Positions 16,456 to 28,200 of a stretch of 64,000 nt of DNA are shown here, in pieces. The notes under the pieces are model-generated. The model saw only the letters and a program-made list of their open reading frames with translations. It did no database searches and was not told the origin of the DNA. The DNA lies in the NCBI GenBank assembly GCA_950097015.1, contig CATNEN010000039.1:11532001-11596000 (forward strand). Reading direction: 5' to 3'. The position numbers were made by a program, and so were the translations under genes. Source of the DNA: Macrostomum hystrix. Lineage: Eukaryota; Animalia; Platyhelminthes. The first letter of the stretch is position 1. Every line of letters starts with the position of its first letter.

Positions 16456-16929
16456 TCATGTATGAATACATCTATTGGTTTACATAAGCTATTACGGGAA
16501 GCTTCGGTTAGAATATTAAAGGATACAAACATTATTAGAAAAAATAGAACAAGCAATGGAATAGCAGCAAAAATGTTCCCTAAACATACTACTTACATTT
16601 AGCATTGATACTAGTAGCGAGGATAGTAACTTGCTTTTTAAAGCGCCATAAATGGCATACAATAAAATAACCCCATTTTAAATTAAAAACTAGACATTGG
16701 CACCCTACAATGCCATATTTCTAATTTCCGTGTCAAAGCAAAAGTCAGGTGAAAGAAAGTTATCAAAACCAGGAAGACAATTATTTTCAAGGAACACCAG
16801 GTAGTGCAAATTGACAATGAGCCAGTACTACCTCATGAGGTTGCCATGCCAACCATATATTCGGTTATCATCAAGAGATTCAATTTTGAGCCGTTAAACT
16901 TGGTTAAAATCGCAGTAGAAAGGCTATAA

Positions 16930-17461
16930 CCGGTGGTGCAAGCTGTTTCTGTTCGATCGGTTCAGCCAACGAGTGCAGTCGGAGGCCAGCTGCACTAATC
17001 ACGTGACCGTGTATGTGAGATCAGCGGCACGACTGTCAGATGGCAGTCTGGGTCCGCCCGGCTACGAGTTCTCTCGGTTCGGCACCTCCTACAAGGCGTC
17101 GGCTGCACCAGCTCTCAACTGAACCGACGCCCTCGCCAGGTGCAGCCAAGAAGCCGGACTGACGAAGCCCGCAGACGCTCTGGACCCTGATAAGGCTCGG
17201 CATCTCGCGTTGATCAAGAACGCGTTCAATGCACCAGCTCAGAGCCTGTTTCTGGGAGGACAGCAGATGCCGGGGTCCGTGAACGTGACGCAAGGCTGGC
17301 TGTGGAAGTGTTGCAACCTCAGCATCCGCGGTGACATCTGGGAGCCGGTAGGTCGAACAGCGGCCTGCCTAGTCAGGGCTGCGTCAGGAACAACTGGCAT
17401 CGACAGTACTCAGCGCGGCTACAGCCTGAAGTACGTCTGCGAGTGCCTGAGTGTGTTCTGA
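16930..17461 (+). pseudogene. C-type lectin domain pseudogene (or disrupted allele)
   Basis: One frame reads GPPGYEFSRFGTSYKASAAPALN*TDALARC...LFLGG...GWLW...IWEP...ACL...KYVCE; TGA at 17120-17122 replaces the conserved W of the NW..A...C motif and the CP motif reads GP (GGT); no in-frame start found. Confidence 0.6.
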
Positions 17462-17876
17462 ACTACACGTTGTTGCAGAGACAGTAATGGATAACAGTCG
17501 CAAACATAATTTGTGGTTAATTCTTATCAATTTTTTTCATTCTTGATGTGACTTAATTAGTTTGTTTCATAAAAGTTCCAAAGTCTCTAAATGTGAAAGA
17601 TGTGAAATTCACATGCAGTTCCATGAAAGTAGAACGTATGACAGACGAAGTCACAAGTGCAAAATTGGAACAGAAGTGAAGAGAAACATTGGGCACAATC
17701 TTGTCGCGGCGCATTGATAAGCGATCACATTTCTGTGACTTTCACATAGCGCTGCTCAGAGAGCGCATAAATGCAGAGCTTCCACGGGTCAGCGAATCGA
17801 ATCGACAAGCCGACAGGTCCAGGACAGCCATCACTAGCGAGCTGCAGTCACACCGCACCAGTTCAAAGCCACCAGA

Positions 17877-18386
17877 ATGAGCCGCATCAGGCAGAACTTT
17901 CACGAAGAGAGCGAGGCCGCGCTCAACAAGCAGGTGAACCTGGAGCTGTTCGCGTCCTACACCTACCAGGCCATGAGCTTCCACTTCGCTCGGGACGACG
18001 TCGCCCTGCCCGGCATCTCCGGCCACTTCGCCAACGAGTCCAAGGAGGAGCGGGAGCACGCCGAGAAGCTGATGAAGCTCATCAACCAGCGCGGCGGAAC
18101 CATCGTGCTGGAGAGCATCAGCAAGCCCGGCAAGCAGGCCTGGGGCTCCATGCTGGAGGCCATGGAGGACGCGCTGCAGCTCGAGCGGGATGTCAACCAG
18201 AGCCTGCTGGACCTGCACAAGATCGCCTCGAAGCACGAAGACGCCCAGCTGACCGACTTCCTCGAGGGCGAGTTCCTCAAGGAGCAGGTGGAGGCGATCG
18301 CCAAGATCTCCGCCCACATCACTCAGTTGAAGAGGACGGGCAGCGGACTCGGCGAGTTTGTCTACGACCACGAGGCCTTCTCCTGA
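17877..18386 (+). CDS. Ferritin, H-type (cytosolic), intronless, 169 aa
   Basis: RQNFHEESEAALNKQVNLELFASYTY, EEREHAEKLMK, ALQLERDVNQSLLDLH, DFLEGEFLKEQV, GLGEFVYD; ferroxidase residues present; AATAAA at about 18508. Confidence 0.97.
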   Translation: MSRIRQNFHEESEAALNKQVNLELFASYTYQAMSFHFARDDVALPGISGHFANESKEEREHAEKLMKLINQRGGTIVLESISKPGKQAWGSMLEAMEDALQLERDVNQSLLDLHKIASKHEDAQLTDFLEGEFLKEQVEAIAKISAHITQLKRTGSGLGEFVYDHEAFS

Positions 18387-19201
18387 ATGAGGCTCCGACC
18401 TGTTTTCGGTTGCTATTAGTGCAAGACTCAGTCACTTTCCTAAGTCCCACTTTACCTAACAATAGAGCACTTCTCGCAAATGTGTAACTATGTGCGTCCT
18501 TAAAACAAATAAATATTTATCAGTTTCTATTTAAAAAATCACGTTCTCACTTTTTTTTCTAATTTTAGGCTCAGGCTATCACTTGGTAAAATGATGCGAT
18601 TTTAAGGTCCAATTAACTCGATTGATTTCGGATTTGCTTTGTAAAGCAGTAGGCAGCAACAGAGCTAGAGATAGGATTATAATTTTACTATATAATTTAT
18701 GAAAAACACAGATTTAAGTTAGGTAAAATGAATCAGATTTCATTCGGTATATTAATGATTTATTTAGAAAAAATCTAAGGAGTTTTTGTGGACAAGGAAT
18801 ATTGGACGGAATGCCGCTCGGAGAAAAGACCCAACTGACAACAGGCCAGCTAAGACCAGTGGGTCAAGGTTGCGGGAATGCTTCATCAATCACTGATTGC
18901 GGTACGTGTCTAAAAGTAAAAGCTACGTACTAAAGGCACGGAATGTACATTGGGGGGTAGAGATGGAGACAGCGAGTAAATGTACATTGAGTGTACATCA
19001 GGGGCATAGATAGGCGAAGATGGTAAAAGGGCAAGTAAATATATTTATACATTGTCATTGGGGTTAAACAACAGTTTTATCAATGCACATCACATGCAGA
19101 ATGCGAGAAGGAAAAACATTAATAAAAATGACGGCAGATAGTAGAAACTAAGGAATTATTATGAAAAGAGTTGTTAAAATTGAAGAAGAAGATTGTTAGC
19201 G

Positions 19202-22200
19202 CTAGTCTTCGTCCAAAGAATCGTGCACAATGGATGCAGCGGCAGCGGCGGCGGCTGCTCCAGTGGAAGGTCTGTTGTTGTCAGCCGACTGTCTGTGGCT
19301 TCCCCTGGCTGATAATTGCTCCGCTGACAGTTCTCGAACATCTTTGCGAGACACTCGAACGCTGGTTGGACGAGACCCGGCGCTAGGCGGTGCCTGCGGT
19401 GTCTGAGGAACTGCCGGCTGCTGCTGAAGCGACTGCCGGTGACTACTGCTGGCAGCTACTTCGTCTAGATCAGCTGGAGCGGCGTTCAACAGCCGGCCGG
19501 AGCTGACCCAGTCGCGAATTTTGCGCTTCAACTCGCGACTGGTCTTCTTGTAGACAGCGAGCTCGCGCTCCGCCTGGGGTAGGCGGGCAGCTTCGGCCTC
19601 GGCCGCTGAGAGGCGGTCAACAAGCAGCTGGATCTAGAATTAGTGAGGCCATGATCAGCTATTAACTGACCTAGATAAGCCACACTAATGCACGCGCGAC
19701 AGCCTTACTACACCCAGTACCTCTTGGAGTAGAAGAACAACAAACTAGGTTTCTTAGAAAAATTTTAAGAGGCTTGTTTTTGCCGAAAAATACTCTACAC
19801 AGATTTTCTATGCAGAAACAGTGAAAAACTCCACTCCGATCCGTGCAGCATAATTTTCGGTTTTCGGAAAAAACAAGCCTCAAATTTTTTCTAAGAAACG
19901 TAGTTTCTCGTCCTTCTACTCTTTGTGGTCATTGACTCGTCATCGTAATTATCTTTGTGTACACAACCTTAGACCAATCGTTCAACTGTAAACAGAGCCC
20001 TTAGTCAACCACGACGATGAACACAACACACGATCCTTTGTCGAAACAAAATCCCAGACAAACCTGCGCCTCGTACTCCGTCTGTAGTCGGGTGATTCGT
20101 CTCTCAGTTTCGCCAGCGGCGCGTTGCAGGCTCCGCTCCAATCGCTCCTTGTCCCGCCCGAGTTCCTCCAGACGGAGTCGAGCCTCGGCCCGTCGAGACT
20201 CCTCCTCGGCTAGGGCGGCTCGCAGCTGAACCAGACGACGAAAATTGGCCGCCACAAGGCGTTTGGCTTCGCTGGCACTCAGAGCGCCGAGACGACTGAA
20301 CAGGGCGTCCTGACTGGTGGACAGGCTGAGCTGCGATTGGCGCAGGCCGCCCTCCCTGACAATTGTACATTTTTGTCGTTTTCTATTATGAAACGTGGAA
20401 ATAGACTCTATAATACTCGTAGATCCTAGCATATCTTTACTCAATTTTTTGCTCGGATTTACAAGTAAAAACTGGCCCGGACTGAAACAAGAGGCATTCT
20501 CTATAATGTCACCTGGACGAAAAGCCTCGGAAGACTAGGGGAGAATTGAGGTTGGGCCTTTGCAAGTTCAATTATTATTTTTATTAATTATTAATACAAC
20601 GCGCACGCCATCTATGGGTGCTGATTTTATTATTATTTATATTTTCAGATAATATTTTACTCGACAAAAAAAGAACATAAAAAACGAAGTTTTGTAAGAC
20701 TTAACTATTGAGCTTGGAAGTGAAAAGCAAATGTGTTAAAAATAAGAGCATCAAAACCCAAGGGACGCCATGAATAAAAAATAATGTATATCGTTAAATT
20801 TTAATAGCTTCAGGGCAGCTGTTCCCTGATTTTAGATTTTTTACTTTGCTAAAGCTTCAGTGGTTTCCCTATCGTCTTGTGCCATTATCTAGTTAGATTT
20901 CTCTTCTGCTGTTAAGGATGCGAAACTGGGAGTTTTCCAAGAAATGTTCTTTTCAAAATTCGAACGTGCTCGATGTGTCTCAATGTTTACGCATACAATA
21001 AAGCATTGGTTAAGTTGCTTCATTCCTAGATTGGGGCGTTATATGCTTTGCTGCTCGAAGGTCACTCGTAATGTCCAGGGAAACACTGGACTGGACAACC
21101 TCGCTTACCTAAATCTGCGTGTCTCAAAACTGTTTTTTAAGAGAACTTCACAACTAAATTTATATTGCAGAGTTAAATACTAAGCCGTCTGCTCACGATG
21201 CCAGTATAATTTATTATGTAAGTGGCGCCAACGCTCGATCTACGATTTCAATTACCAGTTGCAAGTACTGTACGGAGTTTCTTATCTGCTCAAATGAGTT
21301 GTTTGAAACTAATGAAATCGATTCGCATCCATCAGCATTCTTCGATAGTATTGACCGAGGCGGACTTGCGAGACCAACGAAATTTGTCTTCGAACTCACA
21401 ACTGACTGCTGGAAAATCTTCCAAGAGATCTTGATCGACTCTGATTTTCGACATATGTTTCTGCAGTCAACTTACCAACGATTTCTATTCTGAAACTGCT
21501 GCACCTTTAACGAAAGGTACAAGCACCTGCTCTTTGGGTTGAACACATGCAACTCTGGCCATGACCTACAGAAACACATCGTCTGCAGACTTTCCAATTG
21601 CCTAGCGAAGAACTTTGCAAAAGAGATGTCGAAATCAATCAAATTCTGGGCCCACAGGCGCAAGATAGCAAATTAATCTTGTTTGGTGAAGCATTGATGC
21701 ATTGTGATTGTACTCTATTGATTGTCACATACTATTCTAGTATGTTACTTGTATGCTATATATATGTTTTACTTGGTTGTCACAAATAAACCAGTAAATT
21801 TCAGCTTGTAACTTAATCACAAAGTTATAATATTCTTAAAAAAACCTAATGACTGTTGGATTTTTTTGCTTTTCTTTAAGTGTGCTTGAACTTGTAAACC
21901 CTGAAAGGCTTTTTCCAGGTTCTAATACTCGTATAAAGGAGTCCATGCAAGAGGAACGTTTTTCCTAGTTACTCTTGAATGCCGCGCTGAATAAAAAAAC
22001 GATTGGCACGACGCAGTGATCCCGCAAGAAGTACTAGACGCAGAAATTGAGACTGCTACAAATATTCACCACCTGCGAAAACTGCGCACGAAAAAGAAGA
22101 AGTCACTGGAGCCGCTACTGAAAGCTGCTAAGTCGCGTGAGTTATGGTCTATGGTCTATGGTCTATGGAGTATTTGTGGTGACGTAGTGGTCAATGTATA

Positions 22201-25200
22201 AATAATCAGCGGCCTCAGTGCGTGACAACGATTGTTTTGCGAGCGCCGGTAGCCGCTGAATCAAAAGACCGCTGATTATTTTCATTGGCTAGAATTTTTA
22301 CGATTATAGAAGACAAGAATCCACACTGCTAGTATAGCTTTTGCCATTCAATCTCAGTGTTTTGTCATTCATACTCAGCCCCCATAGAATTAATCCAGCC
22401 AGCTGGCGCGGTTTGGCCCATAGACTATCGCTCTGTGCCCCACACCCCCAGAAAATGGGGTGTGGGGGCAGAACCCCCACATTACAACCGTAGACAAAAT
22501 TTCATTAATAAATTTCTCGAGTCTAGTGAGGCGATATTTACACAAACGACGCGATCGGAGTCTCTACAAGTCTGCTCTATGTGTTCAAACCGCTATGAAG
22601 CGTGATGTCAATGTTGACATAAATCCTGGAGCCACTGAATCGGCTGCTTTGGGGCCTAGTACCTCAGCAACTGCTTGTCAGCTGCGTGTAGCTACTGAGT
22701 CTGAGCAACTCAGAGTTGTATCGTGTCATGAGAAGCGCATGCGAATACACGTTGATGGAGGCGCCAATATAATCGACTTCTTCGAATAAGTGAATTGAAC
22801 TGACGATGTTCTTCGACGTGACTGCTTGCTTTTCTACATGTTTGTATTGGATTGCCCACTGCTCGTTCAACTACATGTGTTAAACTTATGCCATGCGTCT
22901 TTGCAAAAATAAAACGTTAAATATTGTCTGAAAAGCCTGCAGACAATGCATTGTCTTGCATAGAAAACTATAGACAATGATCGTTAAAATGCTACTGGGC
23001 AATCTTGACTTTAATTTAGGATCTGTCATAACTACGAGTATAATTTTGCATTAACTGCACATGATAACATCAGTAAAAAACAAAGAATAACTAAAGGAAA
23101 ATACCGAACTTAATATTTTCTGTGCAAAACAGAAACTTTGACTTTTAATTCTTAGTTTTATAAAACCGAAGCTAAAAAACAAAATGCGACTAAAGCTACG
23201 TGTCTATAGCTACTAACAGTAAGTGGGAAGGCATTTTTGCGCAGTTTAAATGTTGTTCCTTTGCAGCCCGATTGGGACGTCAATAAGACTCAAATACTTT
23301 ATATCTAAAACGTCCTCGACGAGTACATCCACAGACTTCATACCCGGCGCTGACAAAATTTCAAACCTACACAATATCTAAAGATTTTTATAATGATGAA
23401 TTCTCAGCTTTTTTGTTAGATTGACAGACGCTTGCAGTGGGAATACTGTGGAATTGTTATGACAACCAACCAAAAAAACTAGCAATTTTTTTGTTTGCGC
23501 TAAACTCTATAGCCTGCTGAGTAGCGCTACCCTCGTGCAAAAATGAACTCGTTGCTGAATTTTTAGACAGGTGCTTAATTAGCATTTCAAAAGTCACTCA
23601 GATGGAAGCCTCTAAGAAAAAAAAATTGACGACAAAATTTTTTTCACATCGCATCCGCCAATTAAGCAAGCTTTTGGTTCGCAATCCTCATTATAATTTA
23701 GTAGATAGTCTTAAAAGACAATAGTTGGAAAGACGTCTTGCATTTGTAGAACAATACGCTCTACAGTAGGCGATGTTAATACTCAAACCATCTAACAGTA
23801 TAAGAAGCAACATGGATTGTTGAAATTTGTGGAATGCAAGCGACGGAAGCGAGAATTTTACCGGTCTTGAATTTTCACTCAAGAGTTTGCTAAAGATCTG
23901 CTAAAGGTCCAAAAGAAGTGTGAAACAAAGAGCTGAATTCGTGATTCGCTTCAAAATGAAAACTGGTACGCGATTCGTAGCAATATTTTAAAAGCGCTTT
24001 TAACTCAGAAATTAGCATTCTCGATCGAATCCAACAAAATATTTCAGTTGTTGCACTTCTAGCAGCACTGCAGCTGCTGACCTGGCTGACTGTCTGCCTG
24101 TGCAGGTCCGGAGACACCTGGACTCAGATGCAGGTGCAATGCCTGACTAATGCCACCCCAATCCACAGCTGCAGCGCATTTACTGAGCAGCACTGCTCAA
24201 TGCTGGCTACTGACTTGTTTCCGACTGGCATTCTGATTGCCCAGTTCAGACCAGCGTCTCGCCAGTGCGCTCTCTACCGCCACCAGTCCGTGTGTCGCCA
24301 GATGGTCTCCGGTGTAACCAGCGACTGTCAAATGTTTATCCGGTTCCCCATCAGCTATCCGAGCCAGCTCAGCTCAAAGCTCGCAAACGTGTGGCTCGGA
24401 GACGACATGACCGGATTTGAGAATGTGCTGTGCCAGGCTGACGAAGAGACGAATTGCTTGTATCCGATCGGTGTCCAGTGGACAGAGGAAGGCGCCACGT
24501 TCGATGGCAACAGCGCGCATTTGACGCTGAACAAGAGCGCCATCGGATTTTACGCTGGCGTCACTGTGCTGCTGCGGATGAAGCGAACGCCTCAGGCGCA
24601 ACCGTTTGTTGAGTTTCTGGACTGCAACAACTTTGCCAGCGCAACACTCTATCACACCACCTGGGAATACAACTCAGCTTCAAAATTCTATGCTTTTTTC
24701 AAAGCTAGAACCACCGATGCTGCAAAAGCGTATACCACGGCCGCACTGCTGCCAGGGAGCCCAGCTGAATGGATCAATGTTGGCTTCACAATGAATTTCA
24801 CTTCGAACTCATGGGGTGTGTTTCTTAACTCCTCTTTCCTGCCTTCGACAGTTGTGTCTGTACAAACGCCGACTAACTTCAACCTGCTGTCGCTGTACTG
24901 CTTCAGATTCGGAAAGCGGCACAATGATAATCGGATGTTCAGGGGCACAGTGAGAGCCATAGCCATTAGTAGCGGCTTCATGACCGAGAATGAGATTCGG
25001 GACTTCTTTGCATTAATTCAGTGAACTTCTTGGACCTAGCATTCCGTGAGACCAACTCTGAGACTGCAGCTAAAGATTCTTTCTTTTTTCTTTTGCTTTA
25101 AAAAAACATTTTGCACATTTGAAATTCCAATAGTGGGGGTTTTATTTGTTTCTTTAAGTCGCGTGTTTAGACCTGAAGGTTTTTCTAAACGGCTTTAATT

Positions 25201-28200
25201 ATTAATGAATATTTTCATAGTTTTTCACCATTTTATAAAAAAATATATCTTTGCTACTGACAGTAGATGAAAAGCCCGCACTGTCGTAATGTTATTTGGT
25301 TACGATTTTAAGGCAAAAAACTTTTGACTGAAGTCTGGTAGAATTTTTAGTTAACGTAGCTTCTACTCAACAAGCCAAAATTGCAACGTAGAATTAAATA
25401 ATTTGAGCGATTTCTTAAACACAGTTCAGTAGTACATGATTTGGAGTCGACTAAAGTGGAGTAAGTAAGTTGGACAGGTAAAGTTGTATGAAATTAGGCC
25501 GGGCTGATAAATTCAGAAGTAGTAGTGTTCGTGTAGAGACAAATTAGAAAAAATAAGTAGACAATGTGTATTAAGGTAGGTGAAATAGACGAGGTGGAGT
25601 AGGGTAGGTAATTGAGGCCAGGTGGAGTAGGGTAGGTGGATGAGGCCAGGTGGAGTAGGGTAGATGGATGAGGCCGGGTGGAGTTGTGTAGGTGGATGAG
25701 GCCGGTGGAGTAGGGTAGGTGGATGAGGCCAGGTGGAGTAGGGTAGGTGGATGAGGCCGGGTGGAGTAGTGTAGGTGGATCTGGCCGGGTGGGGTAGTGT
25801 AGGTGGATGAGGCCATGTGGAGTAGGGTAGGTGGATGAGGCCGGGTGGAGTAGGGTAGGTGGATGAGGCCATGTGGAGTAGGGTAGGTGGATGAGGCCAT
25901 GTGGAGTAGGGTAGGTGGATGAGGCCGGGTGGAGTAGCAGGTGGAGTAGGGTAGGAGGATGAGGCCGGGTGGAGTAGGGTAGGTGGATGAGGCCATGTGG
26001 ATGAGGCCGGGTGGAGTAGCAGGTGGAGTAGGGTAGGTGGATGAGGACGGGTGGAGTAGGGTAGGTGGATGAGGCCAGGTGGAGTAGGGTAGGTGGATGA
26101 GGCCAGGTGTAGTAAGGTAGGTTGAGTAGAACAGGAGTATAGTGGGGTATGCAGGGAGCGGGGTGGCTGAAAGTAGTAGATAGTGGATGCAGACACAAGA
26201 AGCATACCTGGCACTGATAGCCTCATTTCGCAGGCCGATAGCCTCATCCAGAGCTGCCAGTGCTTCGTCCAGTTCCTGCAGTCTGTCGGAGCCGGAGCCA
26301 CCGGCGCGCATTTGACTCATCTCGCATTCGGCCCGCTCAGCTAGGAGAGCTTCGCGTTTCGATAGAATGGCCTCGCGACTGCGCAGTTCCTCTTCTAGCT
26401 GGTGCAGCTCTTGGCGCTGCTTCACCGCCTTCTCTACCTGCGGATTAATTATTGGGTGGGCGAAACAGGTAACTAGAGATTTGGAGACACTCTACGACTA
26501 GATCTAGCGACACTCAACGAGATTTAGTGAAACTAGGAGATCTAGCGACAATCTAGTAGATCTAGCGACAATCTAGTAGATCTAGCGACAATCTAGGAGT
26601 AAATCTAGCGACAATCTAGGAGTAGACCTAGCGACAATCTAGGAGTAGATCTAGCGACACTCAATGAGATTTAGTGACACTAGGAGATCTAGCGACAATC
26701 CAGGAGTAGATCTAGCGAAAATCTAGGAGGAGATCTAGCGACAATCTAGGAGTAGATCTAGCGACAATCTAGGAGTAGATCTAGCGACAATCTAGGAGGA
26801 GATCTAGCGACAATCTAGGAGGAGATCTAGCGACAATCTAGGAGGAGATCTAGCGACAATCTAGGAGGAGATCTAGCGACAATCTAGGAGTAGATCTAGC
26901 GACAATCTAGGATTAGATCTAGCGACAATCTAGGAGTAGATCTAGCGACAATCAAGGAGATCTAGCGACAATCTAGGAGGAGATCTAGCGACAATCAAGG
27001 AGATCTAGCGACAATCTAGGAGGAGATCTAGCGACAATCTAGGAGATCTAGCGACAATCTAGGAGGAGATCTAGCGACACTCTAGGCTAGATCTAGCGAC
27101 ACTCTACGCTAGATCTAGCGACACTAGGACTAGATATTGAAGATCTAGCGACAATTTAGGAGGAGATCTAGCGACACTCTAAGGATATAAACAACTATGA
27201 AACCTAGCAACAGTCTAGGAAGTCTCCAACATAAATGAGAATTTCTCTCAGCTATTAAAAATCAATTGGTCCAACAAACCTCGGCATCCAGCCAAGCTGT
27301 TCTCTCGTCGGCTGGCTCTTCAACAGCAGCCTTCCTAGACGTACCAGCGGAACCGCCGAGCGTTCCTTGGCCGCCTCGGGTCCGTTGAGCCGCGTCAGCT
27401 TCCAGTCGCTTCTTGGCGTCAGTTTCAGCAGCCAGCTGACCGCGCGCCTCGGTCAGTTCAGCGCGCATTCTTTCCAAGGCGGCTTCGAGTTCAGCAACTC
27501 GGCGCTCTCGACCGCTGCCAGTGATGCCAGCCAGCCGCTGAGCCTCCTCTAATCTGGTTTGAATGTTTCGCATTCGTTGAGCACACTCGGCTAGGCGAGC
27601 CTGGTGCTCAGCTTTGAGTCTAGTCAGGCTGCCGACGGAGGCGTTCGAGCGTCTGGAGCTGGCTAGCTCGTCTAGGCGAGCCTGGGCTTCGCGTTGCTCG
27701 CGCTCGCAGGCCTGCTGCTCCAAAGCCAGCTGACGGGCCTGCTCCTCGTATCTGCGGGTGGGTGTTCGAATTCGATGTTCTATGTGTTCGAATTCGATGT
27801 TCTATGTGTTCGAATTTGATGTTCTATGTGTTCGAATTTGATGTGTTATGTGTTCGAATTCGATGTTCTTTGTGTTCGAACTCGATGTTCTTTGTGCAAA
27901 TTTTATGTTCTATGTGTTCGAATTTGATGCTTTGTGTTCGAATTTTTTTTCCTAGGTGTTCGAAAAATTATGTTCTAGGTGTTTGGATTTGTTATTCTTG
28001 GTTTTATGTGTGTTCTAGGTGTTAGATTTCCATTTCTTGTGTGTTTAAACGTTTTGTTCTTCAATGTGTTCGAATGTCCATCTGTTAAGGGTGTTTGAGC
28101 ATACTATTAAGGGTGTTTGAGCATACTGTTAAGGGTGTTTGAGCATGCTGTTAAGGGTGTTTGAGCATACTGTTAAGGGTGTTTGAGCATAATGTTAAGG

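Noticed and set aside
17742-18487. Long antisense and shifted ORFs over ferritin
   Set aside because: Expected shadows of very high GC3 codon usage.
23691-23950. Possible hAT transposase relic ([20 protein letters not shown], minus strand)
   Set aside because: Resemblance to the CRGQ.YD.A motif is too weak, the catalytic Asp is absent, and I found no TIR or TSD.
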